Of a stretch of 32,000 bases of DNA, positions 1 to 9,662 are shown piece after piece; the stretch's first letter is position 1; each line of letters starts with the position of its first letter. The translations under genes and the position numbers were made by a program. Origin of the DNA: Telmatocola sphagniphila (GTDB taxonomy: Bacteria > Planctomycetota > Planctomycetia > Gemmatales > Gemmataceae). The stretch spans positions 4,380,001-4,412,000 of the forward strand of contig NZ_CP074694.1 of the NCBI RefSeq assembly GCF_018398935.1, in the 5' to 3' direction. The notes beneath the pieces are model-generated. The model was given only the letters and a program-made list of their open reading frames with translations. It searched no databases and had not been told where the DNA came from.

Positions 1-2
1 GC

Positions 3-503
3 GGCCTGGTCGGCGACCCGGAACTGCTGTTTCTCGATGAACCGACCACCGGCCTCGATCCGCAATCACGCCGGCAAGTCTGGGATATCGTACAGCAATT
101 GAAGTCACGAGGACGCACTGTGCTCATCACGACCCATTACATGGACGAGGCCGAGCGTCTTTGTGATAGAGTTTCCATTGTCGATCATGGCAAGATCATT
201 GCACTTGGGACACCGGCCGAGTTGATCCAGCAGGCCGGCGGAAGCAATATCATTGACGTCACACTGGCTCAAGACCCGCACTTTCCGGAATCCTACTGGC
301 ACGATCTTCCCAGTGTGCGTAAGGTCGCGATTGAAGGCAAAACCATTCATCTGACCATTGATGAAACGCACGTGACCATGCCCCGAATTCTCGACATGCT
401 GGTGAAAGAGGGCTGCGAATTGACTGGTTTGGCGAATCGCAAAACCACTCTGGAAGATGTCTTCGTTCAATTGACCGGCCGGCATTTACGGGATGCGGAT
501 TGA
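3..503 (+). CDS. ABC transporter ATP-binding protein, C-terminal part (5' end lies outside the window)
   Basis: Frame 3 is open from the window edge. Translation begins [24 protein letters not shown] (Walker B/D-loop), followed by an H-loop context TTHYMDEAE. An ABC-2 permease gene starts 25 nt downstream. Confidence 0.9.
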   Translation, partial: GLVGDPELLFLDEPTTGLDPQSRRQVWDIVQQLKSRGRTVLITTHYMDEAERLCDRVSIVDHGKIIALGTPAELIQQAGGSNIIDVTLAQDPHFPESYWHDLPSVRKVAIEGKTIHLTIDETHVTMPRILDMLVKEGCELTGLANRKTTLEDVFVQLTGRHLRDAD

Positions 504-528
504 TTCATCGGAATAAGGAATTGGAATT

Positions 529-1587
529 ATGCGGCAATCCGCACTCATGCATCTCACGAGAGCGCGACTGCTCGAGTTCTTTCGAGAGCCCGCGGCAGTC
601 TTCTGGGTCTACGGCTTCCCCCTGGGTTTAGCTCTTATTCTCGGGATTGCTTTTCAAGATCGGCCCGTCGAGAAATTGAATGTCGATGTGATTACGACGG
701 CGGAGAACGAATCGGCCCGCACCAAACTCTCGGAAACATTGAAAGTCGATACCCGTCTGGTCCTGAACACCTATTCGTTGGATGAATCCCGTAAACGGCT
801 GATGAGTGGGAAGACCGATCTGATCCTCGAACCCCTCGCCGCTACAGAAAAGCCCAATTTCAAAGTCTGGGAAGAGCGAAACCGGCCGGAAAGCGTTCTG
901 ACCCGAAGTGTTGTCGAAAGCATTCTGAACAAATCCAAGCTCGGTGAAAACGCGGTTCAGATTGAAGACGTCCAACTTCAGGAAGTCGGCCGAAGATATA
1001 TAGATTTTTTAATACCCGGTCTCATCGGCATGAACCTTATGGGCGGCGGGTTGTTCGGAGTCGGCTTCGTCATCGTGGATATGCGCGTCCGGAAACTGCT
1101 GAAGCGATTCCTGGCCACACCGATGCGGAAAACCGACTTCACGGCCAGTGTGATGGCCAGCCGATTGCTTTTCACGATACCCGAAGTGAGTGTTCTATTT
1201 GGATTTTCCTATCTGTTTTTCGGCGTGGTATGTAAAGGCTCGTTGCTCGATCTCTTTATCGTCATGCTCTTTGGCGGAGTGGCCTTTACGGGCCTGGGTC
1301 TGCTAATCGCCAGCCGAGCGAAGACTATCGAAACCGTCTCGGGATTGATGAATGCAATTCTGATTCCCCAATGGGCCGTTTCCGGAGTTTTCTTCTCAGC
1401 CGAGCGATTTCCCGAGGCTTTTCAGCCGTTTATTCAACCTCTGCCACTGACGGCACTAAACAACGCTTTGCGAACTATTATGAACGAAGGCAAAGGGGTT
1501 CTGGACTGTTTGCCGCAATTGGGAATTCTGACGGCCTGGGGTCTGGTTTCGTTCTTCATCGCCCTCCGAATATTCCGCTGGCGTTAA
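529..1587 (+). CDS. ABC-2 type transporter permease
   Basis: 352-aa ORF directly after the ATPase gene. It has several hydrophobic spans (FLIPGLIGMNLMGGGLFGVGFVIV, LFIVMLFGGVAFTGLGLLIA, GILTAWGLVSFFIAL). The family is assigned from architecture and context. Confidence 0.8.
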   Translation: MRQSALMHLTRARLLEFFREPAAVFWVYGFPLGLALILGIAFQDRPVEKLNVDVITTAENESARTKLSETLKVDTRLVLNTYSLDESRKRLMSGKTDLILEPLAATEKPNFKVWEERNRPESVLTRSVVESILNKSKLGENAVQIEDVQLQEVGRRYIDFLIPGLIGMNLMGGGLFGVGFVIVDMRVRKLLKRFLATPMRKTDFTASVMASRLLFTIPEVSVLFGFSYLFFGVVCKGSLLDLFIVMLFGGVAFTGLGLLIASRAKTIETVSGLMNAILIPQWAVSGVFFSAERFPEAFQPFIQPLPLTALNNALRTIMNEGKGVLDCLPQLGILTAWGLVSFFIALRIFRWR

Positions 1588-1590
1588 TCC

Positions 1591-1956
1591 ATGAGACAAT
1601 TACTTTTCGTTTATGGCACGTTGAAGCGTGGCTTGCAGAATCAGCATTTTCTTGACGAACAGAAATTTGTCGCGGAAGTTAAAACGCTGCCGCACTACCG
1701 CATCTACCACTTCGGCTGGCATCCGGGCATGATTGAAGTTTCTGCACAAGGGCTTGCCGTCCGCGGGGAGATCTATGAAGTGGATGAGCAGGCATTGAGC
1801 AAGATGGACGAATATGAGGAAGTGCCCACTTTCTTTATCCGCAAGCCGGTTCTGATTCTCGGTTTCGAAAATGTGGATGCCTACTATTTTAATCGAGAAA
1901 TCCCGGCCGGTACGCCATTCTCCGACCATTGGCCCTTTGAGATTCCAAAGTCTTGA
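1591..1956 (+). CDS. gamma-glutamylcyclotransferase (AIG2/GGACT-like) family protein
   Basis: N-terminal LLFVYGTLKRG motif and a later RGEIYEV segment, both typical of the GGCT/AIG2 fold. The ATG lies 4 nt after the permease stop. Confidence 0.75.
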   Translation: MRQLLFVYGTLKRGLQNQHFLDEQKFVAEVKTLPHYRIYHFGWHPGMIEVSAQGLAVRGEIYEVDEQALSKMDEYEEVPTFFIRKPVLILGFENVDAYYFNREIPAGTPFSDHWPFEIPKS

Positions 1957-1965
1957 GGCGGAAGC

Positions 1966-2433
1966 TCACGCTTTGATCTGTCGACTGATCAACCAATGAT
2001 CCCGTTCGCGAGAGATGCGAAATCGATCGCCGGGCTCGCGAAAGCAGACGAGATAATCCGCTTCGTTAATTTTTTCGACAATCGTCCAGACGCCCTTATT
2101 GATGGTCAATTTTTTTTCGGGGGCCCATTCCCAGGGCTCTACTTCGGTGGCAATGGCTCGTCCATTTTCGATCAGTTCGTACCAGGGTTGGCCGAAGGAT
2201 TCCGGAGGAGCCTCCGGCAGTGGTTCCTTCCCGGAAATGAGTCTTCGCAACAGGGAGGAGTGCTTCACATCCTCTTCGAGTCCGACGAGAAAACTGGGTA
2301 CCGCATGGCCATTCTCGGCCCGTATCTCGATCCATCGAAAAAAGCACTGGATACCGCGCCAGGCTTCTTCGTAGCCTTCCTGGGCCAGTTGTCTCTCCCA
2401 AAGCTCCCACTCCGACGCCGAACGCTTGCTCAT
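1966..2433 (-). CDS. hypothetical protein (155 aa), translationally coupled to recD2
   Basis: The tracked ORF extends to 2553, but that part overlaps recD2. The internal ATG at 2433-2431 overlaps the recD2 TGA (ATGA) and gives MSKRSASEWELWERQ... No family recognised. Confidence 0.5.
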   Translation of the reverse strand: MSKRSASEWELWERQLAQEGYEEAWRGIQCFFRWIEIRAENGHAVPSFLVGLEEDVKHSSLLRRLISGKEPLPEAPPESFGQPWYELIENGRAIATEVEPWEWAPEKKLTINKGVWTIVEKINEADYLVCFREPGDRFRISRERDHWLISRQIKA

Positions 2434-4694
2434 GGCCGGACCTCGTAATTCAGACGCTGCCGGGGTTCGAGTTTCTGAGAGCCTGGAGATTTCAACCGCC
2501 AGCGAAGCATCGAATATCGCTGCGTGGAATCGACCGAACGAACGGCCAGCCACAACGCTTTCCGGCTCCCGACCACGACGACCAATTTTTTTCCGCGCGT
2601 GATGCCCGTGTAAAGCAAATTCCGCTTCAACATGACAAAATGTTGTGTATGAAGGGGAATAATTACGGCCGGAAACTCACTTCCCTGGGATTTATGGATG
2701 CTCGTAGCAAACGCATGGACCAGCGAATCGAGCTCGGAATACTCGTACTTCACTTCCTTGTTTTCGAACTGTACGAACAGTTCGCGGTACTCCTCGTCGA
2801 TATCGACGATCATACCGATGTCGCCGTTGTATACCTCTTTGGTGTAATCATTTTCAGTCTGAAGAACCTTATCTCCCACGCGGAATGTTACGCCAAACCT
2901 TTCCAGTTCGACCTTGGTATCCGAACGGGGGTTGAGAACTTCCTGCAACACTTGATTCAGATTGCGAACGCCGAGTTCGGTCTTGTTCATCGGCGAAAGG
3001 ACCTGCACATCCCGCTTGGGATCCAGCCCGAATTTGGCCGGGATGCGTTCCGTCAGCATGGCCACCATCTTCTCGATGATCTGGGGCGGTTCATTAGCTT
3101 CAACGAAGTAAAAATCGCCGGTACCGGGTGGCGAAGATTGCGGTTCTTCGCCGCTATTGATGGCGTGGGCCGCGCGAATGATATGGCTCTCGGCCGCCTG
3201 GCGAAAAATCTCCTTGAGTTGTACGACTTTGATGGTTTTGGAGGCGATGAGGTCGGCCAACACCGATCCCGGACCAACGGAAGGCAACTGATCCACATCA
3301 CCGACGATCACCAGACAAGCCCAGGGAGGGATAGCCCGCAAAAGATGGTGCATCAAAGTCACATCGACCATTGAAGCTTCGTCGACAACCAGCAAGTCGC
3401 AGTCAATCGGATTGTCCCGATCGCGAACGAAGCCGAGCAGACCGGCATCATATTCGAGTAAGCGATGGATCGTCTTGGCCTCTTGCCCGGTGGATTCGGA
3501 TAATCGCTTGGCCGCACGTCCAGTCGGAGCCCCCAAGGCCACGGTCAATTTTTTAGCCTGGAAGATTTCGATGATACCGCGAACGATCGTGGTCTTCCCT
3601 ACCCCCGGCCCCCCGCGAATGACGATCACTTTCTCCGTGAAAGTCGAACGAATCGCTTCCTTCTGGGATTCCGCAAACTGAATTCCCATTTTCTCTTCGA
3701 CCCATTGCATCGCTTTTTCGCTGTCGATATCGGGTAGAGGATGTTCTCCCTGCCGGAGAATTTGCAGGGAATTCGCGATGCTGTTCTCGGCCAGAAACAG
3801 GGGCTTCAGGAACAACCAGGCGTCGTTTTCCTGGCTGCCGGCCGACATGTCATCGTTGCGGAAGGCTTCCGCCAGATCTTCCGGCTTCGGTCGATCCCGA
3901 ATCCACTCATCATCCTGAATTCCCGCCTGGATGGCGCTTTGCAGAATCTCAGAAGGAATATCGGTCAGCACACTCGCTTGTTCGAGAACGCGCGGCTCGG
4001 GAAAGCCGACGTGTCCGTTCTGAGAGGATTCCTGCAACACAAACCGCACGGCGGCGCGAGCTCGTTGCGGCGAATTCAGTGGCAGGCCCAAATTGCGCGC
4101 CACTTCATCGGCGGTCTTGAAGCCGATCCCCCAGATATCCTGCGTCAGCCGGTAGGGATTCTGCTTGATCATCTCCACGGCCCGATCACCGTAGATTTTG
4201 TGGATTCGTAACGCTCGTGCCTGACCGATCCCGTAACTCTGAAGAAAGACCATGATCTCGCGCAGACCGCGCTGCTCTTCCCAGCTTCGGCGGATCTTAT
4301 TCATCTTCGAAGGGCCGATCCCCTTGATTTCCGAGAGGTGCGTCGGCGACTGGTCGATGATCTCGAGCGTTTTTTCTTTGAAATGAGCGACGATCTTCTT
4401 GGCGAATGCAGGGCCGATTCCCTGAATCAGGCCGGAGCCCAGATATTTTTCAATTCCCTGTATGGTGTGCGGGGGCGTGGTCTTAATGGTATTGGCCTTG
4501 AACTGCCGGCCGTGCGTCATATCGACGATCCAGTCTCCTTCGGCGTCAATGAACTCTCCGGCCACAGCCGTCGGCAGATTTCCGACAACGGTGACGCTAT
4601 CGGGAAATCCGGCCGCCTGCACGCGAAGAACGACATATCCGTTGTCCTTGTTGTGAAAGATAATGCGGTCGATCGTTCCCGATAGGTTGGCCAT
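2430..4694 (-). CDS. recD2: RecD2-type SF1B ATP-dependent DNA helicase
   Basis: 754 aa with Walker A GGPGVGKTT and Walker B LLVVDEASMVD. Also VGDVDQLPSVGPG, SIHKSQGSEF and a C-terminal LLYTGITRGKKLVVVVG. The N-terminal region is HhH-like (GIGPAFAKKI, GIGPSKMNKI). Confidence 0.9.
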   Translation of the reverse strand: MANLSGTIDRIIFHNKDNGYVVLRVQAAGFPDSVTVVGNLPTAVAGEFIDAEGDWIVDMTHGRQFKANTIKTTPPHTIQGIEKYLGSGLIQGIGPAFAKKIVAHFKEKTLEIIDQSPTHLSEIKGIGPSKMNKIRRSWEEQRGLREIMVFLQSYGIGQARALRIHKIYGDRAVEMIKQNPYRLTQDIWGIGFKTADEVARNLGLPLNSPQRARAAVRFVLQESSQNGHVGFPEPRVLEQASVLTDIPSEILQSAIQAGIQDDEWIRDRPKPEDLAEAFRNDDMSAGSQENDAWLFLKPLFLAENSIANSLQILRQGEHPLPDIDSEKAMQWVEEKMGIQFAESQKEAIRSTFTEKVIVIRGGPGVGKTTIVRGIIEIFQAKKLTVALGAPTGRAAKRLSESTGQEAKTIHRLLEYDAGLLGFVRDRDNPIDCDLLVVDEASMVDVTLMHHLLRAIPPWACLVIVGDVDQLPSVGPGSVLADLIASKTIKVVQLKEIFRQAAESHIIRAAHAINSGEEPQSSPPGTGDFYFVEANEPPQIIEKMVAMLTERIPAKFGLDPKRDVQVLSPMNKTELGVRNLNQVLQEVLNPRSDTKVELERFGVTFRVGDKVLQTENDYTKEVYNGDIGMIVDIDEEYRELFVQFENKEVKYEYSELDSLVHAFATSIHKSQGSEFPAVIIPLHTQHFVMLKRNLLYTGITRGKKLVVVVGSRKALWLAVRSVDSTQRYSMLRWRLKSPGSQKLEPRQRLNYEVRP

Positions 4695-4966
4695 GGGTCT
4701 TTCTGTGAGCGTCTAACTGGTCTGCTTGAACATAATCAACCGGCAAAGATACTCAAATGCTAGAATGATCGTAAGCGTACCTATAAAATTATAGGACTCC
4801 CTTCCCAGCGTAACGGGGGAGTCTCCGAGTTTCAATGATAGAGATTTCAGAGTCGCGGGAAGGTCGCGCGATCTGTCCATAAATGCGCTTTTTCATTACA
4901 CTTACTGTTTGATGAATAATCGAATGGCATGAAGCCGTTCAGATTCTCGATCGCGAGGGTATACCG

Positions 4967-5260
4967 GTGTCACTGTTAGCTGCTTCGTTCTGGTCGCACC
5001 TGCTGAATATTATCATCATTCTGCTGGGCTTATTCCTGATGTTGGTCATTCTGATCCAACGAGGTAAGGGGGGCGGTCTGGCAGGAGCCTTCGGTGCGGC
5101 GGGGGGATCCAGCGCGTTCGGGGCAAAAGCTGGAGACCAGTTTACCAAATTTACCATTATTGTTGCGGGAATTTGGGTTCTGGCGCTGATGGTGCACGTC
5201 CGGGTGGCCAAATACGATGGCGCGCATCCGGAAACCGCACAAATCGCCACGCAGCAGTGA
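4967..5260 (+). CDS. secG: preprotein translocase subunit SecG
   Basis: 97 aa with a GTG start. Two TM segments flank the Gly-rich loop QRGKGGGLAGAFGAAGGSSAFGAKAGD, which is characteristic of SecG. Confidence 0.8.
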   Translation: MSLLAASFWSHLLNIIIILLGLFLMLVILIQRGKGGGLAGAFGAAGGSSAFGAKAGDQFTKFTIIVAGIWVLALMVHVRVAKYDGAHPETAQIATQQ

Positions 5261-5284
5261 TTCGCGCAACCCCTTTGGAATATA

Positions 5285-6184
5285 TTGACCGTGCTCCACA
5301 GCATGACGGGTTTCGGTGAGGCTCGCCATGAAGGGGATTCGTTTTCCCTTCTGGTGGAACTTCGCGCGGTCAATAATCGCTATTTAAAAGTCACGGTACG
5401 AGGCCCCGATCCCTATCCTCTGCTGGAAGCGGAGGTGGAAAAAGTCATCCGCCGGACCATCAAACGAGGCACTCTTCTCGTCCAAGTCCGCATCAATCGA
5501 CAGGATGGCAGAGGGGAATATCGTCTCAATTCCACTGCGTTACTCTCTTACCTGAAACAGGTGGAATCGGTTCTGTTACAGGCCAATATGCCTCAATACG
5601 CTCCGGCTTTGATGCCTGGAGTGCTGCAATTACCGGGGGTTGCTCAGGAGACCAGCCTCGAGGGGCATCCTTCCGAGACGGAATGGAAATTATTCGAGGA
5701 TGTGCTCAGTCAAGCCGTCCATCGGTTGCAGCAGATGCGGGTGGAAGAAGGTCGGGCGATGGCCCTGGAGCTCCAACGACTGCGTGCGGCCATCGTCGAG
5801 CAGTTGAATTCGATTCGCGAACAGACGCCACGGGTGGTGGGTCTTTTCCGAAACCGGTTGAAAGACCGGCTGGCGAGCGTTCTGAAAGAAGAGAAAGTGG
5901 CGGTTTCCGAGGAAAATCTGATCCGGGAAGTCGCTCTGTTTGCCGACCGCTGCGACATCAACGAAGAAATTGCACGCCTGGACAGCCATCTGGTTCAGTT
6001 CGATAATGTGATCGAAAAAGAGAGCGATTCACCCGGCAGAAAACTGGAATTTCTGGTTCAGGAAATGGGTCGGGAAGTGAATACCATCGGCTCGAAGGCC
6101 AGCGATTCCGCCATCTCCCGACTGGTGGTGGAGATCAAAGCGAAGCTAGAGAATATTCGGGAATTGATTCAGAACGTGGAATAA
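5285..6184 (+). CDS. YicC/YloC family stress-induced protein
   Basis: SMTGFGEA near the N-terminus and a C-terminal EFLVQEMGREVNTIGSKA motif. Alternative starts are GTG 5291 and ATG 5303. It lies in the conserved yicC-gmk-rpoZ order. Confidence 0.85.
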   Translation: MTVLHSMTGFGEARHEGDSFSLLVELRAVNNRYLKVTVRGPDPYPLLEAEVEKVIRRTIKRGTLLVQVRINRQDGRGEYRLNSTALLSYLKQVESVLLQANMPQYAPALMPGVLQLPGVAQETSLEGHPSETEWKLFEDVLSQAVHRLQQMRVEEGRAMALELQRLRAAIVEQLNSIREQTPRVVGLFRNRLKDRLASVLKEEKVAVSEENLIREVALFADRCDINEEIARLDSHLVQFDNVIEKESDSPGRKLEFLVQEMGREVNTIGSKASDSAISRLVVEIKAKLENIRELIQNVE

Positions 6185-6206
6185 ACACCGAGAAAAGGAA
6201 CGCGGC

Positions 6207-6776
6207 ATGACGGCACCGGCGATCATCATCTCCGGACCGAGTGGAATCGGCAAATCGAGTGTTATCGCGCGTCTGCTGGAAACCTGCCGGTATCCTTTAA
6301 GAATGTCGATATCGGCGACAACCCGATCCCCGCGTAAAGGCGAAAAAGAAGGACAACATTACCACTATTGGAACGTCGAGCAGTTTCAGCTGGGTATCCG
6401 GGAGAACCGCTTCCTCGAATGGGCCCGGGTTTACGAAAAGGATTACTACGGCACGCTGATCGAGGAAGTCGAACCGTTTCGGAATAAAGGGATTGGAGTG
6501 GTGCTGGAGATCGACGTCCAGGGAGCTGCGCAGGTCCGGGAGAAGCTGACGGATACCTTTTCTGTATTCCTGCTGGCCCCGTTGAGCGTTTACGAAAGCC
6601 GACTTCGCAGCCGGGGGACCGAAACGGAAGAAGCCATACAGAGACGATTGCGGGCGGCGCAGACCGAAATTCCGCGGATGAAAGAATACAATCTGACTTT
6701 GGTGAACGACAATCTGGATGAAACCGTAGAACGTATACGGGCTGAGGTAGAGCTACGCTTTACCGAATCCCGGTAG
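6207..6776 (+). CDS. gmk: guanylate kinase
   Basis: P-loop [26 protein letters not shown] and EIDVQGA. It is followed by rpoZ. Confidence 0.93.
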   Translation: MTAPAIIISGPSGIGKSSVIARLLETCRYPLRMSISATTRSPRKGEKEGQHYHYWNVEQFQLGIRENRFLEWARVYEKDYYGTLIEEVEPFRNKGIGVVLEIDVQGAAQVREKLTDTFSVFLLAPLSVYESRLRSRGTETEEAIQRRLRAAQTEIPRMKEYNLTLVNDNLDETVERIRAEVELRFTESR

Positions 6777-6784
6777 GAGTGATT

Positions 6785-7045
6785 ATGATCGATGAATTGA
6801 AGGAAGAAGAAATCGTGAATCGCGTCGGCGGCCGCTTTAAGCTGTCCACGCTGATGCAGAAACGCATGGTGGCCTTGAACACGGGTGCAAAACCGCTCGT
6901 AAGCACGCGAACTGAAGATCGCATGGCCATTGTGGTCGAAGAAATTCTGCAAGGAAAGATATTTCTGGATACCGAAGGGAATCTCCAGACCCTGGAATCG
7001 GATCTTCCGCCGATCGAAGGGGCAGTTGACGAACAATTGGGCTGA
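6785..7045 (+). CDS. rpoZ: DNA-directed RNA polymerase subunit omega
   Basis: Small ORF directly after gmk. [36 protein letters not shown] matches the omega core pattern. GGAG lies about 6 nt upstream of ATG 6785; the tracked ORF begins at GTG 6779. Confidence 0.75.
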   Translation: MIDELKEEEIVNRVGGRFKLSTLMQKRMVALNTGAKPLVSTRTEDRMAIVVEEILQGKIFLDTEGNLQTLESDLPPIEGAVDEQLG

Positions 7046-7101
7046 TCGATTGGCTCTGAGAGCCAATTTTTTCCAGCAAGGCGCCTGAAAAACTTTAACG
7101 G

Positions 7102-8556
7102 TTGATGCATTCGGAGTTTCACTCGATGGCGGATTCACCTCGAATAGCACCTTTAGGCGGTCCTTCAGGGGATCGACTCAATTATAAACCGGTTTCCGGA
7201 TTCGCGGTTGCCGCCGTGGTGTTCTCCGTTCTGTATACGGTAATCATTCTGGCTTTGACGATTGCCGCGTTTGTAGCAAAAAAACCGATTTTAATTCAGG
7301 AGCTATTGCTGCTTCCCGCGCTCGGTTTGGTCTTCTCGATCATCGGGCGATCGCAAATCAAAAAATCGGAAGGAACCCGAGTCGGACTGGGACTTTGCAA
7401 CATTGCCTGGTGGTTATCCATCGTGGGTGGGGTGATGTTTGCCATGTACATTCTGGCGAACGACTTTGCACTTCGTCGACAATCTCAGGAGACCGCCAAG
7501 AAATTCATGGATGCCATGAAAGAAGGCAAATGGAACACAGCATTTCTATTGACAGTCGATCCGGGCCGAAGGGCCTCCGTAACTTCGGATGATGCCGAAG
7601 CTTTGGAAGCGGAATTCGGCAAACCGATGACTGCAGGTTTCCGCCAGAACGAATTGATTCGCATATTCAATCGTTACTCCTCGACGGGAGAAGTTAATTA
7701 CTTGCCGCTGGGCGTTCAAAGCTGGGAAAGTACGCCCCGAGGATATGAGTTCCGGTTGGGCTACCAGATCCTTTGCCCGGAAGGGATATATGGAGTTTCC
7801 CTGGTACTTAAGGGATTTGAAGGTCCGAATATCCGCGGTCGCCAGTGGTCGGTACACGTACCCCAGGCTGAAGCGGCGGTGACATTGGTCTCGCGTTCCC
7901 CATACGGCAAGCTTTATCAGGACATCGGTAGCGAGGCCTTCTCGACTGCGATTCGATTCGTGGAAAAGCTGAATTCCAATCAGTTGGAATCCGCTTATCT
8001 GATGACTCGGCCGATTGCGGAAATGTCGAAAAATGAAGCTAATCTGTCCGGTCAACTCCTCTTGAGCGGTGGGACGCTGGCTGGGATCGAGAAAAACTGG
8101 CATTTTCCCCCGGAATTTTCCAAGGAATTTCTGCGTCTGAGCGGAGACAAGACCCCCTCTCCCCAGCAACTGAAAATGTTCGAGCAGATTATTACCAGCC
8201 GAACATTACGACCAGCGGGCGCTTCGAAGCAATTTGCTAATACAGAAAAGTACCCGGAGTTTAGTGCCTCTGAAAAAGAAACCCGTCTCACCTTCCCTGT
8301 CGAATTTAGTTTGCCGAATCCGCCCGGAGCAGCTGGTTCCGGTAGAATCATTGTGGAAAGTACCAATCCGGAATTCATCGCCTTGAGCTATAAGCTCCGT
8401 CAGGATTCTTCGAAGGATCCGACGTTGAAGGCCGAGGTGACCAATGATTACATTAAAACTGCACCTCCAAGAGATTGGCGAATCGTAGGCTTCGTATCGA
8501 ATTTCGAACCTCTGGAAAGCAATAGTCCGGCCGCTGCTGCAAAACCTGGCCCCTAA
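7102..8556 (+). CDS. hypothetical membrane protein (3 N-terminal TM segments plus a soluble domain)
   Basis: 484-aa ORF with TM spans AVAAVVFSVLYTVIILALTIAAFVA, LLLLPALGLVFSIIG and WWLSIVGGVMFAMYILA. ATG 7105 directly follows TTG 7102. No family recognised. Confidence 0.6.
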   Translation: MMHSEFHSMADSPRIAPLGGPSGDRLNYKPVSGFAVAAVVFSVLYTVIILALTIAAFVAKKPILIQELLLLPALGLVFSIIGRSQIKKSEGTRVGLGLCNIAWWLSIVGGVMFAMYILANDFALRRQSQETAKKFMDAMKEGKWNTAFLLTVDPGRRASVTSDDAEALEAEFGKPMTAGFRQNELIRIFNRYSSTGEVNYLPLGVQSWESTPRGYEFRLGYQILCPEGIYGVSLVLKGFEGPNIRGRQWSVHVPQAEAAVTLVSRSPYGKLYQDIGSEAFSTAIRFVEKLNSNQLESAYLMTRPIAEMSKNEANLSGQLLLSGGTLAGIEKNWHFPPEFSKEFLRLSGDKTPSPQQLKMFEQIITSRTLRPAGASKQFANTEKYPEFSASEKETRLTFPVEFSLPNPPGAAGSGRIIVESTNPEFIALSYKLRQDSSKDPTLKAEVTNDYIKTAPPRDWRIVGFVSNFEPLESNSPAAAAKPGP

Positions 8557-8597
8557 GCGTCCGCCACGGAGTAATTTCTCTCAGCCATCGGGAAACA

Positions 8598-8627
8598 GAA
8601 TGGAAACACCCGAAGTTGTTTCCATTC
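8598..8627. terminator. bidirectional hairpin terminator between convergent genes
   Basis: Perfect 11-bp stem gaatggaaaca / tgtttccattc with the 8-nt loop cccgaagt. It sits between the stops of the 7102..8556 (+) and 8658..9566 (-) genes. Confidence 0.55.
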
Positions 8628-8657
8628 GCCCGTGACATTTCCTCAATAATCATTTTC

Positions 8658-9566
8658 TCACCGCGCGGTTTCAAAAAGATCGACCCAACCCTTATAAGCA
8701 TTGCCGATCTGTTCGACCGCCTGAGTTCGCTGAATCTGATTGTTCAAAAAATTCTTCAGCGGATCCCAAAAGGTGGTGCGACCCACCGCGAAACCAATAA
8801 ACCCGTTTACTGAGGCCGCGATCCTCAGCCAATCCGCGACGTGCTGATCATTCTCCCCACGGCCCAGAACGATGCAACCCACGCGCGAACGTCCTTCACG
8901 CCGTGCCACGGCCACAATCTTCTGGCAATCTTCCTGTTTATCTAAACCTTCGATTTTCCAAACATCCGGTTCCACTCCGCCCTTCTGCAACTCCTCGATG
9001 GCCTGCACCATCAATTGCGGTCGCAACTGCAGATCATATTTCTTGGAATTGTTGTCGGTTTTTCGCAATTGTTCGGGTGTAGCGGGAACTAACAATTCGA
9101 ACATAAACCAGCGATTCGTCGAATGAAGATATTCGGACAGAGTCTTGAGTCGGTTGATCTGCCGTTGATTCAATCCGGTATCCGAACCCGGGTTGTAGCG
9201 GACGAGAACTTTGCAGAAGGTAGGATTGATCGCTTCGATATGACGGGCGAAATCATCCCCATATTCGAAATCGAATTCGTCGTGACCGCTTTGCTCGGCC
9301 GGACAAGCAGTCAGATACCCCTCTCGTGCGGCATCTTTCAAAATGCCCGCACCGAATTCTTCATCGACCAGAATTCCCGCGCGATCCTTGGGTACGCCTT
9401 CTGCAACGGCGAGCCGGAACCCGTCGAAGATCACTCGTTTGGCCTGAGCGATTTTTTCAATCTTCTCGGGGCTTAGCGGCTCTTCCCAGCCAAACAAATT
9501 TTTAGTGAACGTGGCCCGATGGTCGAAAGGCAGGATGTAAAGGGGCTTGTCGTAACCTCGCTGCAT
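8658..9566 (-). CDS. DUF2090-like / class I aldolase-like TIM-barrel protein (possible 5-dehydro-2-deoxyphosphogluconate aldolase family)
   Basis: 302 aa with an N-terminal KPLYILPFDHRATF and an alternating alpha/beta pattern. This resembles the IolC C-terminal (DUF2090) domain as I recall it. Not verified by search. Confidence 0.55.
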   Translation of the reverse strand: MQRGYDKPLYILPFDHRATFTKNLFGWEEPLSPEKIEKIAQAKRVIFDGFRLAVAEGVPKDRAGILVDEEFGAGILKDAAREGYLTACPAEQSGHDEFDFEYGDDFARHIEAINPTFCKVLVRYNPGSDTGLNQRQINRLKTLSEYLHSTNRWFMFELLVPATPEQLRKTDNNSKKYDLQLRPQLMVQAIEELQKGGVEPDVWKIEGLDKQEDCQKIVAVARREGRSRVGCIVLGRGENDQHVADWLRIAASVNGFIGFAVGRTTFWDPLKNFLNNQIQRTQAVEQIGNAYKGWVDLFETAR

Positions 9567-9662
9567 GGCGAAATCTCCTGGGTGACCGCTTGGGCGAGTA
9601 ACTGAATTTTAACAGCGATCATCGGCCGCTGGGAAGTCACCAAATGCTTACGAAGATTCCGT

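Noticed and set aside
1966-2553. 195-aa version of the ORF downstream of recD2
   Set aside because: It would overlap recD2 by 124 nt. The internal ATG forming an ATGA junction with the recD2 stop is the more parsimonious start.
2640-4211. Several plus-strand ORFs (2640..3374, 3412..3681, 3741..4211)
   Set aside because: All are antisense to recD2, whose helicase motifs are unambiguous.
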